Source of the DNA: Planctomycetota bacterium
GTDB taxonomy: Bacteria; Planctomycetota; Planctomycetia; Pirellulales; Lacipirellulaceae
Direction: 5' to 3'
NCBI GenBank assembly: GCA_039190745.1
Contig: JBCCXZ010000033.1
Span: 1-42,168 of the forward strand
DNA length: 42,168 nt
The position numbers were made by a program, and so were the translations under genes. The notes beneath the pieces were generated by a model. It ran no database searches. It worked only from the letters and a program-made list of their open reading frames with translations, and was not told where the DNA came from. The stretch's first letter is position 1. Each line of letters starts with the position of its first letter. Shown here one piece after another: positions 27,871 to 42,106 of the stretch.

Positions 27871-28677
27871 ATGCCCCCCATCCGCTGCTACCAGGTCGAC
27901 GCCTTCACAGACCGCCCCTTCGCCGGCAACCCCGCTGCGGTGTGCCTGCTGGATGAGCCCCGCGAGGCCGCGTGGATGCAATCCGTCGCCGCGGAGATGA
28001 ACCTGTCCGAAACGGCCTTCGTCCGCCTCACCGGCGACGCTTACGAGCTCCGCTGGTTCACTCCAAGAATCGAGGTCGAGCTGTGTGGCCACGCCACATT
28101 GGCATCGTCTCACGCCCTCTGGTCCGAAGGAATCGAGAGCAGCGAGGCCCCCATCCGCTTCCAAACCCTGAGCGGCGAGCTGACCTGCACCGCCGACGGC
28201 GATCTGATCCGGCTCGATTTCCCCTCCACGCCGGTCACGGAAGCGGAGCCGCCCGCGGGGCTCCTCGAAGCTCTGCAGACTCGGGCCTCGTTCGTGGGTA
28301 GGTCGAAGTTCGACGAGTTCGTTTGCCTCGACTCGGAAAAGACCCTGCGGGCACTGCAGCCGGATTTTGTTCGCCTGCGAGGAATCGCCGCGCGAGGCAT
28401 CATCGTCACAAGCCCCAGTGAAAACCCTTGCTTCGACTTCGTGTCACGCTTCTTCGCGCCGGCCGCCGGCATCAACGAAGACCCTGTGACGGGCTCCGCG
28501 CACTGCGCACTCGCACACTTCTGGGGCGGGAGGCTCGGCAAAACCGAGATGACCGGCTTCCAAGCCTCGGAGCGCGGAGGAACGGTGCATGTCAGGCGCA
28601 GCGCCGACCGAGTCGTCCTCGGCGGCCGAGCCGTCACGGTCTTCCGCGGCGAGCTAGCGTCCGAGGCCTCGTCGTAA
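27871..28677 (+). CDS. PhzF family isomerase/epimerase
   Basis: QVDAFT, GNPAAV, EMNLSETAF, LRWFTP, EVELCGHATL, EDPVTGSAHC. Confidence 0.95.
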   Translation: MPPIRCYQVDAFTDRPFAGNPAAVCLLDEPREAAWMQSVAAEMNLSETAFVRLTGDAYELRWFTPRIEVELCGHATLASSHALWSEGIESSEAPIRFQTLSGELTCTADGDLIRLDFPSTPVTEAEPPAGLLEALQTRASFVGRSKFDEFVCLDSEKTLRALQPDFVRLRGIAARGIIVTSPSENPCFDFVSRFFAPAAGINEDPVTGSAHCALAHFWGGRLGKTEMTGFQASERGGTVHVRRSADRVVLGGRAVTVFRGELASEASS

Positions 28678-28704
28678 GGGTCTGTGCGCCGCAAGCCAAG
28701 CCAG

Positions 28705-31700
28705 TTACTCCGCCGGCGGCTGCGGCGGCGTCTCTTCCTCGGGGCCCTGGCCCAGCAGCGAGTCCAAGTCGCTCGGCACTTCCGCGGCTGGCGGCGCCGG
28801 CGGCACGCCCGCGTCTCCGTTGCCCGTGTCGACCGGGCCGTCCCCGGCAGCCTGCAAGGCCGACTCGAGCAGCGGGAACGACTTCTCCAGCACCCGCTCC
28901 TTCTCGGCGGCCAGCTCTTCCAGGGCCGAGGGCTGGATCCGGACCTCCGATTCCTGGATCGTCCGAAAACCCGTCCCCGCGGGGATCAGGTGGCCCAAAA
29001 TGACATTCTCTTTCAGGCCCACCAGGTTGTCGGTCCGGCCGGCCAACGCCGCCTCGGTCAGCACCTTGGTCGTTTCCTGGAAGCTTGCCGCGGAGATGAA
29101 GCTTGAGCTCTGGACCGACGCTTTGGTGATCCCCAAAAGCTGCGTGGTCGCCGTGGCCTTCTTGGGCTTGGTCCCCTTGATGATGTCGCCGCCGAGCGCC
29201 TCGATCTGGGCGTTCGCCTGCTCGATCACGTCCTTCGGCACGATGGCCCCTTCGGCGAAATCGCCGTCGCCCTTCTCAGAGATCTTCAGGCACTTGCTGA
29301 CCTGCTCGTTCGCCGAGCGGAAGTCGAACTTGTCCATCACGCTGCCCGGCAGGAGGTCGGTGTCGCCCGGCGACTCGATCATCACCTTCCGCAGCATCTG
29401 CGAGACGATAATCTCGATGTGCTTGTCGTTGATCTCCACACGCTGACTGCGATACACGTTCTGGATCTCGCGGGTCAGGTACTGCTGCACCGCCTCTTCG
29501 CCGGAGATCCGCAGGATGTCGTGCGGCACCAGCGGGCCGTCGACCAGCGACTCGCCCGCCCGCACCAGGTCGCCCGCGTGCACCCGGAGGTGCTTCGAGT
29601 GCGAGACGAGGTGCTCCCGCTCGATGCCGGTCTCGCTCCGGACGATGATCGACCGCTTGCCGCGCTTCTTTTCGCCGAGGATCTCCACCTCGCCGTCGAT
29701 CTCGGCGATCACCGCCGGGTCTTTCGGCTTGCGGGCCTCGAAGATCTCCGTCACACGCGGCAGGCCGCCCGTGATGTCCTGCGTGCCCGACGCCTCACGC
29801 GGCGTCTTGGCGACCATCGTGCCCGGCGAGATAGTCTGGCCCTCGTCGACCTCGATGTGGGCCCGCTCCGGCATGTAGTAGAAGTCGAGGATCTTCCCGT
29901 CCGCCGGGTCCTCAACCACGATCTGCGGGTGCAGGTCGCCCTTGTGCTCCATGATGACGAAGCGGGTCTTGCCGCTGGGGTCTTTCTCGCCCCGCATCGT
30001 CTCGCCCTCGACCAAGTCTTCGTAGCGGATCTTGCCGCCCGTCTCGGCCAGGATCGGGATACTGTGCGGGTCCCATGTGCAGAGCACGTCGCCGGCTTCG
30101 ACCTTTGTGTTCTCGTCGACCGCGAGCGTGGCTCCGGTCGGCACCTCGTACTTCTCGACCTCGCGGCCCTTCTCGTCGACCAGCGCGATCTCGCCGCTCC
30201 GCGAGAGCACCATCCGCTGGCCCTGGTCGTTGACGACCATCTTCAGCCGGGCATACTTCGCGATGCCGCCCTTCTTGGCCTTGATGTCGCTCTCTTCGAC
30301 CGAGTGCTGCCCCGTGCCGCCGATGTGGAACGTCCGCATGGTCAGCTGCGTGCCCGGCTCGCCGATGCTCTGGGCCGCGATGATGCCCACCGCCATGCCC
30401 TCCTCGACCAGCGAGCCGGTCGAGAGGTCCATGCCGTAGCAGGTGCGGCAGACGCCGAGCGCCGCGTCGCACGTCATCGGGCTGCGGACCTGGATCTTCT
30501 CCAGCCCCAGTTCCTCGATCTTCCGGGCGATCTCGCCGGTGATCAGCGCGTTCTCCGCCACGATCACCTCGTCGGTGATCGGGTTCACGATGTTCGCCCG
30601 GCTTACCCGACCGCGGATCGACTCGCCGAGGCTCACCTCGACCTTCTCGCCGCGGTAGATGATGCCCTTGGTGATGCCCTGGGTCGTGCCGCAGTCGTCC
30701 ATCGTGATCACGACGTTCTGCGCCACGTCTGCCAACTTACGCGTGAGGTAGCCGGAGTCGGCCGTCTTGAGGGCCGTGTCCGCCAGACCCTTCCGGGCGC
30801 CGTGGGTCGAGCTGAAGTACTCGAGCACAGTGAGGCCCTCGCGGAAGTTCGCCTTGATCGGCGTCTCGATGATCTTGCCGGACGGCTTGGCCATCAAGCC
30901 GCGCATGCCGCCCAGCTGACGCATCTGCTCGACGCCGCCGCGGGCGCCGGAGTGGGCCATCAGGTAGATCGGGTTCACGTAAGCGTTGCCGCGGTAGTCG
31001 GTCTGCAGCCCGTCCATCATGGCCGCGGTGATCTGCTCGCGGGCGTGCGTCCAGGCGTCCAGCACTGAGTTGTACCGCTCCATCTCCGTGATCACGCCGC
31101 GCTGGAAGAGCTTGTTGAACTTGAGGACCTTCTTTTCGGCCTCGCCGATGATCTTGCCCTTTGAGTCGGGCGTGATCAGGTCGTCGGTTCCGAACGACAG
31201 GCCGCTGAGCGTGCTCTGCTTGAAGCCTAGCTGGTTCATGTCGTCCAAGAGCTCGATCGTCTGCCGCCGGCCCAGGATCTCGTAGCAGTCGCTGATCACC
31301 TTCGACAGCTCGCTCGAGCGCAACGCCACGTTGTAGTACGGCATGCCCTCGGGCAGAATCTGGTTGAAGAACACCCGGCCAACCGTGGTCGAGATCACCT
31401 TCCCGCCCTCGGCGCCGCTGCCGAGGTCTTCACGCAGGACCCGCCCCTCTGGGAGACGCACCTGGATGCTCGCGTGGGTGTGCACCTTGCCCATTGCGTG
31501 GGCCATCTCCACCTCGGCGAAGTTGCTGAACACCATCCCGTCACCCACGGCCTCGGGGACGCCCATCGTGATGTAGTAGCTGCCCATCACCACGTCCTGC
31601 GACGGGCTGATAATCGGCGAGCCGTTCGACGGGCTGAAGATGTTGTGCGTGCTCATCATCAGCGTGTGCGCTTCGACCTGGGCCTCGATCGAGAGCGGCA

Positions 31701-33105
31701 GGTGCACCGCCATCTGGTCGCCGTCGAAATCAGCATTGAACCCCTTGCACACCAGCGGGTGCAGGTTGATCGCGTTGCCCTCGACCAGTGTCGGCTCGAA
31801 CGCCTGGATGCCCATGCGGTGCAGTGTCGGCGCCCGGTTCAGCAGCACCGGATGGTTGCGGATCACCTCTTCCAAGATGTCCCAGACCTCGTCGTCCTTG
31901 CGCTCAAGCATCTTCTTGGCGCTCTTGATCGTGTCGGCGTGGCCGAGCTCTTTGAGGCGCCGGATGATGAACGGCTGGTACAGCTCTAGAGCGATCTTCT
32001 TAGGCAGTCCGCACTGGTGCAGCTTCAGCCGCGGGCCGACCACAATCACCGACCGCGCCGAGTAGTCCACCCGCTTGCCGAGCAGGTTCTCACGGAACCG
32101 GCCCTGCTTGCCCTTGATCATGTCCGTGAGCGACTTCAGCGGCCGGTTGCTGCTGCCCAGCACGGGGCGCTTGCACCGGTTGTTGTCGAACAACGCGTCG
32201 ACCGACTGCTGCAGCATCCGCTTCTCGTTGCGGATGATTACTTCCGGCGCGTTCAGGTCAACCAGCTTCTTCAGCCGGTTGTTCCGGTTGATGATCCGGC
32301 GGTACAGGTCGTTCAGGTCGCTCGTGGCGAAATTGCCCGAGTCCAAGAGCACCAGCGGACGCAAGTCTGGCGGGATCACCGGGATCACGTCTAGCACCAT
32401 CCACTCCGGCTTGTTGTCCGAGTCGCGGATCGACTCGACCGTCTTCAGCCGGTTGATCAGGTCCTTGGCCTTCTGCTTCGAACCGGTTTCCTTCAGCTCC
32501 ACCCGCAGGTCTTCGGAGAGCTGAACCAGGTCGAGGCTGCCCAGCAGCTTGCGGATCGCCTCGGCGCCCATGTCCGCGTCGAACGAGCCTTCGCCGTACT
32601 GCTCACGGGCAGTGCGGAACTCCTCCTCGGTGAGCAGCTGCATCTGCTTCAGCGGCGTCTCGCCCGGGTCGACCACCACGTAGTCCTGGAAGTAGATCAC
32701 CTTCTCCAGGCTGGTGGTCTTCATCGCGAGCAGCGATCCCAGCCGGCTCGGCATGGCCTTGAAGAACCAGATGTGCACGATCGGCGCCGCCAGCTCGATG
32801 TGCCCCATCCGCTTCCGACGTACGCGGCTGTGCGTGACCTTCACGCCGCAGCGGTCGCAGATCATGCCCTTGTACTTCATGCCGCGGTACTTGCCGCAGG
32901 CGCACTCCCAGTCCTTCTCGGGACCAAAAATCCGCTCGCAGAACAGCCCGTCCTTCTCCGGGCGGTACGTGCGGTAGTTGATCGTCTCGGGCTTCTTCAC
33001 CTCGCCGAACGACCAGCTGCGGATATCGTGCGGCCGCGCGAGGCTGATCTTCACCGAGCCGTAGTCGTTCACGCGGTCGTAGTTGGCGCCTTCAAGAATG
33101 CTCAT
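28705..33105 (-). CDS. rpoC: RNA polymerase beta' subunit
   Basis: [40 protein letters not shown]. Confidence 0.99.
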   Translation of the reverse strand: MSILEGANYDRVNDYGSVKISLARPHDIRSWSFGEVKKPETINYRTYRPEKDGLFCERIFGPEKDWECACGKYRGMKYKGMICDRCGVKVTHSRVRRKRMGHIELAAPIVHIWFFKAMPSRLGSLLAMKTTSLEKVIYFQDYVVVDPGETPLKQMQLLTEEEFRTAREQYGEGSFDADMGAEAIRKLLGSLDLVQLSEDLRVELKETGSKQKAKDLINRLKTVESIRDSDNKPEWMVLDVIPVIPPDLRPLVLLDSGNFATSDLNDLYRRIINRNNRLKKLVDLNAPEVIIRNEKRMLQQSVDALFDNNRCKRPVLGSSNRPLKSLTDMIKGKQGRFRENLLGKRVDYSARSVIVVGPRLKLHQCGLPKKIALELYQPFIIRRLKELGHADTIKSAKKMLERKDDEVWDILEEVIRNHPVLLNRAPTLHRMGIQAFEPTLVEGNAINLHPLVCKGFNADFDGDQMAVHLPLSIEAQVEAHTLMMSTHNIFSPSNGSPIISPSQDVVMGSYYITMGVPEAVGDGMVFSNFAEVEMAHAMGKVHTHASIQVRLPEGRVLREDLGSGAEGGKVISTTVGRVFFNQILPEGMPYYNVALRSSELSKVISDCYEILGRRQTIELLDDMNQLGFKQSTLSGLSFGTDDLITPDSKGKIIGEAEKKVLKFNKLFQRGVITEMERYNSVLDAWTHAREQITAAMMDGLQTDYRGNAYVNPIYLMAHSGARGGVEQMRQLGGMRGLMAKPSGKIIETPIKANFREGLTVLEYFSSTHGARKGLADTALKTADSGYLTRKLADVAQNVVITMDDCGTTQGITKGIIYRGEKVEVSLGESIRGRVSRANIVNPITDEVIVAENALITGEIARKIEELGLEKIQVRSPMTCDAALGVCRTCYGMDLSTGSLVEEGMAVGIIAAQSIGEPGTQLTMRTFHIGGTGQHSVEESDIKAKKGGIAKYARLKMVVNDQGQRMVLSRSGEIALVDEKGREVEKYEVPTGATLAVDENTKVEAGDVLCTWDPHSIPILAETGGKIRYEDLVEGETMRGEKDPSGKTRFVIMEHKGDLHPQIVVEDPADGKILDFYYMPERAHIEVDEGQTISPGTMVAKTPREASGTQDITGGLPRVTEIFEARKPKDPAVIAEIDGEVEILGEKKRGKRSIIVRSETGIEREHLVSHSKHLRVHAGDLVRAGESLVDGPLVPHDILRISGEEAVQQYLTREIQNVYRSQRVEINDKHIEIIVSQMLRKVMIESPGDTDLLPGSVMDKFDFRSANEQVSKCLKISEKGDGDFAEGAIVPKDVIEQANAQIEALGGDIIKGTKPKKATATTQLLGITKASVQSSSFISAASFQETTKVLTEAALAGRTDNLVGLKENVILGHLIPAGTGFRTIQESEVRIQPSALEELAAEKERVLEKSFPLLESALQAAGDGPVDTGNGDAGVPPAPPAAEVPSDLDSLLGQGPEEETPPQPPAE

Positions 33106-33140
33106 AAGGTTTCTTTTCCTTGAAGCTGTTGCGATCGAAT

Positions 33141-33177
33141 AAGGGGATGGGGGGATGGTTGGGGATACGGGAGATAA
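33141..33177. repeat. ~9-nt-period GGRGAT array downstream of the GxxExxY gene (copy A)
   Basis: AAGGGGATGGGGGGATGGTTGGGGATACGGGAGATAA. Confidence 0.8.
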
Positions 33178-33178
33178 G

Positions 33179-33550
33179 TCAGGCCGCCCGGGCCTCGACG
33201 CGTCGGTAATCTGCTTTCTCTGCGGCTAGATTTACCAATAAACCAATATCAAGTTGTGCCGCCCGCAGGTACGAGCGGAGCTGCGAATAATGCACGCCCG
33301 CCAGTTTCTCAACGGTTTTCAATTCCACGATCACGGCCTCTTCCACAAGCAGGTCCAGCCGGTGCGCGCCGACGGGCTCGGCCTCGTAATAGACAGTGAT
33401 TTCTTTCTCCGACTCGACAATCAATCCTTGCTTGGTCAACTCGATCACCAACGCGTTGTGGTAGACCCGCTCCAAAAAACCCGGGCCCAGCGTGCGGTGA
33501 ACTCTGATGACGGCTTGAATAATCCTCTCGGTGATCTGGTCTGTGGTCAC
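33179..33550 (-). CDS. GxxExxY protein (PD-(D/E)xK nuclease superfamily)
   Basis: [13 protein letters not shown] signature, RLDLLVEE-x3-VELK, QLRSYL, GLLVN; lower GC than its neighbours. Confidence 0.93.
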   Translation of the reverse strand: MTTDQITERIIQAVIRVHRTLGPGFLERVYHNALVIELTKQGLIVESEKEITVYYEAEPVGAHRLDLLVEEAVIVELKTVEKLAGVHYSQLRSYLRAAQLDIGLLVNLAAEKADYRRVEARAA

Positions 33551-33555
33551 GTCGG

Positions 33556-33733
33556 TTGAAGGGAAGGAGATGGGAAGATGTTGGGGATAAAGGGGGATAA
33601 CTTCAGATCGAAGATTGTAGATTGAAGATCGAGTACGGTGCTTGGCTAGACGCGAGACACGCTTACTTCTCCGAATCGAATCCGTTTTTTATCTCCCTTA
33701 TCTCCATCATCTCCTAATCCCCTTTTCTTCAAT
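33556..33733. repeat. Direct copy B (33556-33600) and inverted copy C (33689-33733) of the 9-mer array upstream of the GxxExxY gene
   Basis: B includes AAGGAGATGGGAAGATGTTGGGGATAAAGGGGGATAA; C includes TTATCTCCCTTATCTCCATCATCTCCTAATCCCCTT. Confidence 0.8.
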
Positions 33734-33750
33734 CGACTCAACAAAAAGGG

Positions 33751-37464
<3,714 letters not shown>

Positions 37465-37820
37465 AGGGGCAAACCGCTCCGTATCAAGAGGATGTGTGTC
37501 TAGAGAGGACTAACCGGGCAAACACGATCCGGCGCAGCAACAGGGTGCGCGCACGGATCAGCCGCCGACCAAACAGAACCGGGACCGCAGTATCGGAAAC
37601 CCCAGACACGACCACACGCCGCGCGCAAACCCGAAAGCCATTGCTTCTGCAACCGCGACAGAGCCGCGACGCCGGTGGATCGCCTTCCGTGACTCATAAG
37701 CACCTGGAGGTGGCGAAGCAATCTTCGCGCGGCAACCGGGCCGCGCAGCAACGGGTATGCGCAGTGCGGCGCGCCCCGGCTCTCCGGCTGGGGCGGCCGG
37801 TGCGCGTCTGCGGGGTGCGA

Positions 37821-38234
37821 CTACTTGATGGCCGCGGTGGCGCCGGCTTCTTCCAACTCGCCCTTGAGCTTCTCGGCGTCTTCTTTCGAGACGCCTTCCT
37901 TGACCGGCTTCGGAGCGCCCTCGACCAGCTCCTTGGCCTCTTTCAGGCCCAGGCCGGTCGCGGTGCGGACCACCTTGATCACAGCGATCTTGTTGCCGCC
38001 GAACGACTCGAGTACGACGTCGAACTCGGTCTGCTCCGCGGCCGCTTCACCGCCGCCGCCGCCCTCGCCCGGAGCGGCCATCACCACCGCGCCGCCGCCG
38101 GCGGCCGGCTCGATGCCGTGGACGTCCTTCAGATAATCGCTGAGCTCCTTCGCTTCCTTAAGCGTCAGGCCCACGATCTTGTCGCCGAGCTCTTTGGTCT
38201 CGGCGCCGAATTCAGCAACTGCTGCCTCACTCAT
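37821..38234 (-). CDS. rplL: 50S ribosomal protein L7/L12
   Basis: [30 protein letters not shown]. Confidence 0.99.
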   Translation of the reverse strand: MSEAAVAEFGAETKELGDKIVGLTLKEAKELSDYLKDVHGIEPAAGGGAVVMAAPGEGGGGGEAAAEQTEFDVVLESFGGNKIAVIKVVRTATGLGLKEAKELVEGAPKPVKEGVSKEDAEKLKGELEEAGATAAIK

Positions 38235-38403
38235 CTTTCAAATCACCTTTCTCACAAAAGAGCCGCCCCCGCTGCGGGAGAGGGCGGTCGTGCTTATCGG
38301 CCGATGGGGCTGGCAATCGCTGCTGGGGCTGCGCCGAGGCCACCGACAATGGGATGTTATGGGTAACTGATTCGTTCACTCGCAAACACACAAAGGCGTT
38401 TCG

Positions 38404-38922
38404 CTATTCCTCTTCGCCCTTCTGCTTGACTTGGCTCGCTAGCGAGCCGCCGGGGCCCAGCAACTGCGCCGATAGCGTGGCGCCCGGGCCGAGGATTTGG
38501 CCCATCAGCAGGCTCAGCTGCTCGGCGCGGCTCGGCCACTTGCTCACCGCCTTCACTTCGTCAGCCGTCAAGGCCGTGCCGTCCATCGCGCCGCCGCGCG
38601 GCTGGAACTTCTCGTACTTGTCGTCGCCCGAGATCCGCACGACCTCTTTGGCGAGCGAGACGATGTCTTCCGAACCCCAGACCACCGCCACGCTGCCTGC
38701 GGCCCCCTCGAAGGCAGGAGCCAACGACGTACCCTCGGTCGCCCGGCGGGCCAGGCTGTTCTTCACCACCAGCAGGTGGATGTCCTTCTCGCGGAGCTCC
38801 TTCCGCAACGCCACCGTGTCGTTCGCTTCGAGGCCGATCACGTCGACCAAGAGCGCGTCGTTGACGCCCTCAAGACGACCCTTCAGGTCGTCGGTGATCA
38901 GTTGCTTGACGTACTTGCTCAT
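38404..38922 (-). CDS. rplJ: 50S ribosomal protein L10
   Basis: LRKELR, VVKNSLARRA; position between rplA and rplL. Confidence 0.96.
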   Translation of the reverse strand: MSKYVKQLITDDLKGRLEGVNDALLVDVIGLEANDTVALRKELREKDIHLLVVKNSLARRATEGTSLAPAFEGAAGSVAVVWGSEDIVSLAKEVVRISGDDKYEKFQPRGGAMDGTALTADEVKAVSKWPSRAEQLSLLMGQILGPGATLSAQLLGPGGSLASQVKQKGEEE

Positions 38923-38981
38923 GGCTGGCCGGGGGGAGTGCTGAGGTTATGTGGTTCGGTTTGAGGAAAGGCCCTTGAGGA

Positions 38982-39659
38982 TCAGACCTGCAGCTGCACG
39001 CTCGGGCTCATCGTAGCGCTGATGTGAGCGCTCTTCACGTAAGTGCCCTTCACGGCGGAAGGCTTCATCCCAGCGATCTTATCGATGAACGCCTTGACGT
39101 TGTCCGCCAGCTTCTCCGCGTCGAAACTCAGCTTGCCGACGATCGCCTGGACGTTGCCGCCCTTGTCGTTGCGGAACTCGACCTTGCCGGCCTTGTACTC
39201 CTTGACGGTCGCCGCCACATCGGGCGTCACCGTGCCGGCGCGGGGCGAGGGCATCAGGCCCCGCGGGCCCAGCACCCGGCCGAGCGGGCCGACCACCTTC
39301 ATCATGTCTGGCGCCGCGATGCACACATCGAAGTCGGTCCAGCCGCCCTGGATCTTCTTGGCCAGGTCGTCGTCGCCCACGTGGTCGGCGCCGGCCTCCT
39401 TGGCCGCCTCCGCCGCGGGGCCTTTGGCGAATACCACGATCCGCTGTTCCTTGCCGATCCCGTGTGGCAGAACGATCGAGCCTCGGACAATCTGGTCCGC
39501 CTGCGTGTGGTCGACGCCGAGCCGCATCGCGATCTCGACCGACTGATCAAACTTCGTCCCGTCGAAGCCCTTCAGCACGCCAACCGCTTCGCCCAACGGC
39601 AACGCGGCCGCGGGGCGCTTCTCGGCGAGGGACTTCATTCGTTTGGCAACTCTAGGCAT
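38982..39659 (-). CDS. rplA: 50S ribosomal protein L1
   Basis: [27 protein letters not shown] at 39659. Confidence 0.98.
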   Translation of the reverse strand: MPRVAKRMKSLAEKRPAAALPLGEAVGVLKGFDGTKFDQSVEIAMRLGVDHTQADQIVRGSIVLPHGIGKEQRIVVFAKGPAAEAAKEAGADHVGDDDLAKKIQGGWTDFDVCIAAPDMMKVVGPLGRVLGPRGLMPSPRAGTVTPDVAATVKEYKAGKVEFRNDKGGNVQAIVGKLSFDAEKLADNVKAFIDKIAGMKPSAVKGTYVKSAHISATMSPSVQLQV

Positions 39660-39745
39660 GGGTCTTATCGAGCAGTGAGTGGGAGTGGGAGCAGGGAGCG
39701 AGCGGAATCCAACTCGGATTTCGCCATTCGTCATTGAGGCTTCGG

Positions 39746-40171
39746 CTAGCCTTCGACTTCGATCCCCATACTGCGGGCCGTGCCGGCGATCATCCGCGCG
39801 GCGTGCTCTACGTCGCGGGCGTTCAGGTCGGCCAGCTTTGTAGTAGCGATCTCTTCCAGCTGGGCCTGGGTCACCTTCGCGACCTTCGTCTTGTTCGGCA
39901 CGCCCGAGCCCTTGGCGATGTTGGCCGTCTTCTTCAGCAGCACCGCCGCCGGCGGGCTCTTCGTCTCGAAGTCGAACGACCGGTCGTTGTAGACGTTTAC
40001 CACCACCGGGATCATCATCCCGTTGGCTTCCTTCGTCTTGTCGTTGAACGCCTGGACGAACTGCCCGAGGTTCACGCCGAACTTACCCAGCGCGGTACCG
40101 ACCGGGGGAGCAGGGGTCGCCTGCCCGCCGGGGATCTGGAACTTCGCCGAGCCAACTAATTGCTTTGCCAT
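39746..40171 (-). CDS. rplK: 50S ribosomal protein L11
   Basis: [22 protein letters not shown]. Confidence 0.99.
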   Translation of the reverse strand: MAKQLVGSAKFQIPGGQATPAPPVGTALGKFGVNLGQFVQAFNDKTKEANGMMIPVVVNVYNDRSFDFETKSPPAAVLLKKTANIAKGSGVPNKTKVAKVTQAQLEEIATTKLADLNARDVEHAARMIAGTARSMGIEVEG

Positions 40172-40254
40172 GTCTTCTAAGTAAGGGATCGAAGCGTCTT
40201 GCCGGACAAGACCACGGCTCCGTCACAACCTTCCGCCGTGCTCCCCTTACCCCT

Positions 40255-40281
40255 TTTCGTGTATTTCGCGTTTTTCGTGGT
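40255..40281. repeat. Nonamer tandem array in the nusG-rplK spacer
   Basis: TTTCGTGTA-TTTCGCGTT-TTTCGTGGT. Confidence 0.7.
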
Positions 40282-40301
40282 TCGCTTTGTCGGCCCAGCC
40301 G

Positions 40302-41141
40302 CTAGACCGATTCTATTTGCCAGTGCTCCAACTCGACCGGCGTCGACCGGCCGAAGATATTGATCATCACCGTCACTTTGCCGCTGTGCTCGTCGATCGC
40401 GTGGACCTCGCCCTCGAAGCCCTCGAACGTGCCTTCTTTCACCTTCACGCCGTCGCCCAGCTTGAACTTGATGTCCAGCTTCGGCGCTTCGTCTGTCTCT
40501 TCGTCTTCGGTGTGGATGATCCGGGCCACCTCGTGCGGCAGCATCGGCGTCGGCTTGCCGCCCGCGCCGGTGAAGTCGCCAATCCCCGACGTCTCCCGCA
40601 CCGCGAACCACGTGTCGTCGTTGATGTGCATGTGCACGACGATGTAGCCGGGGTACAGCTTCCGCTGAACAATCTTCTTCTTGCCGCCCTTAAACTCCGT
40701 GACTTTCTCGGTCGGCACGACAATGTCGCCGAAGTAGTCTTCCAGTCCTTCGATCTTTACTTTCCGTCGCAGGGCGTCGGAGATCGACCGCTCGCGGTTG
40801 CTCTGCACTTTCAGGATGTACCAGTCCATCTTCGGAGGGCCGTCGTCGGCCGGCTCTTCCTCGGCGACCGGCTCCTCGACGACATCGGCCTCTTCGGCAA
40901 CAGGCTCCTCGGCAACCGCTTCTTCCTCTGCCGCAGAATCCTCAACAGCCTCTTCTGCAACGGCTTCTTCAGCCGCCGTCGGCTCCTCGGCAACAGCGTC
41001 GGCCTCAACAGCCGCCTCCGGCCCCGGAGCCTCTTCGGCCGCGGACTCTGCAGAGGGCGTCACCACGGGCTCGGGGTCCATATCCGGCGCAGTGGGGCCC
41101 GGCGTAGCGGCGTCGGTCAGCTTGTTCATGTCTTCGCTCAC
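40302..41141 (-). CDS. nusG: Transcription termination/antitermination factor NusG with acidic N-terminal extension (start 41141 GTG or 41129 ATG)
   Basis: WYILKVQSNRE, YPGYIVV, KOW motif GDGVKVKEGTFEGFEG, IFGRSTPVEL. Confidence 0.97.
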   Translation of the reverse strand: MSEDMNKLTDAATPGPTAPDMDPEPVVTPSAESAAEEAPGPEAAVEADAVAEEPTAAEEAVAEEAVEDSAAEEEAVAEEPVAEEADVVEEPVAEEEPADDGPPKMDWYILKVQSNRERSISDALRRKVKIEGLEDYFGDIVVPTEKVTEFKGGKKKIVQRKLYPGYIVVHMHINDDTWFAVRETSGIGDFTGAGGKPTPMLPHEVARIIHTEDEETDEAPKLDIKFKLGDGVKVKEGTFEGFEGEVHAIDEHSGKVTVMINIFGRSTPVELEHWQIESV

Positions 41142-41201
41142 AAGAGCGTCCTCACTAAGGCCCGCTTCCGGGGCCACTACGGGGAGGGCTACGCCCCTTC
41201 G

Positions 41202-41606
41202 CTAAAGCCCCAATACGCCGCCAACAAATGCCTTCAGCAGCAAGTCGTAACCAAACAAAAGACCGGCCAGGAAGAAGATCACCACGATCACCACCACCGA
41301 AGCACGGAACAACTCCTCACGGGAGGGCCAAGAGACTTTGTTCATCTCCGCTTCAACCGAGATCAAGAAATCCGCAAACTTGGGGATGTTCACGATCCGG
41401 AAGCAGATCCACGAACCCAACCCAAACACCGCCAGCGGCACGATGTACCGCCAGGTGACATCGTCGTTGGCAAACGCCCCGCTCAGCCGGGCCGCGCCGG
41501 CGGCAACCGCCGCGAGCAACGCGCCCAGCGTAACCTGCCGGGCGATCCTGCCCTGGGTACGCTTGTACCGCGATGCGGTGAACAATCCGGAGATCAGCTC
41601 TGCCAC
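41202..41606 (-). CDS. secE: Preprotein translocase SecE (3-TM form)
   Basis: FLISVEAEMNKVSWPSREE followed by a TM helix; AGGGG RBS before GTG at 41606. Confidence 0.93.
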   Translation of the reverse strand: MAELISGLFTASRYKRTQGRIARQVTLGALLAAVAAGAARLSGAFANDDVTWRYIVPLAVFGLGSWICFRIVNIPKFADFLISVEAEMNKVSWPSREELFRASVVVIVVIFFLAGLLFGYDLLLKAFVGGVLGL

Positions 41607-41950
41607 GAGAAACCCCTGGCGCTTCGTTGCGCCGCGATTGAAAACCTTGATTGCCAGCAAGCCCGGTTAACCCAGCCCGCAACAACCCAGTCGGCGCCGC
41701 CAACCCAGCCGCACACTGCTGCACTGCGTACCCGTCCGCGGCCGATCGCTTCTCCAAGCCATCGGCCCGTCGGGGCGGCGACTCCGGCGCCCAGGAAACC
41801 CCGCCGCCATGCGGGGCGGCCGCCTGCGGGCGGCCAGCACATCCAAAATCAACTCACCCGGCTCTCGCCAGACCGCACCGAACTACCGGGGCGGCGGACT
41901 ACACTCGCCGAAAACCTACGCCCGCCGTAAACGACAGGGCCCGCCGTTAA

Positions 41951-42026
41951 TGGCAGGGGCGGTGGGACTCGAACTCACAACCCCCGGTTTTGGAGACCGG
42001 TGCTCTGCCAATTGAGCTACGCCCCT
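41951..42026 (-). tRNA. trnW: tRNA-Trp (CCA), encoded CCA end
   Basis: AGGGGCG TA GCTC AATTGGCA GAGC A CCGGT CT CCA AA ACCGG GGGTT GTGAG TTCGAGT CCCAC CGCCCCT G CCA. Confidence 0.98.
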
Positions 42027-42106
42027 CTATCTCAAATGCGCCAGGCCGGCTGAAGGCAAACCCTCAGGCCGGCCGCACGCATATCATCGGAGTCTACGAC
42101 CGCCCC

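Noticed and set aside
27871..28677. Phenazine biosynthesis cluster
   Set aside because: This is a lone PhzF-family gene with no other phz genes; such stand-alone homologs are widespread.
33179..33550. Classical IS element or intron/intein at the rpoB-rpoC junction
   Set aside because: There is no transposase, reverse transcriptase or homing-endonuclease motif, and rpoB and rpoC are both intact.
18945..33733. CRISPR interpretation of the intergenic repeat arrays
   Set aside because: Units are 7-9 nt, directly tandem, without unique spacers, and no cas genes are present.
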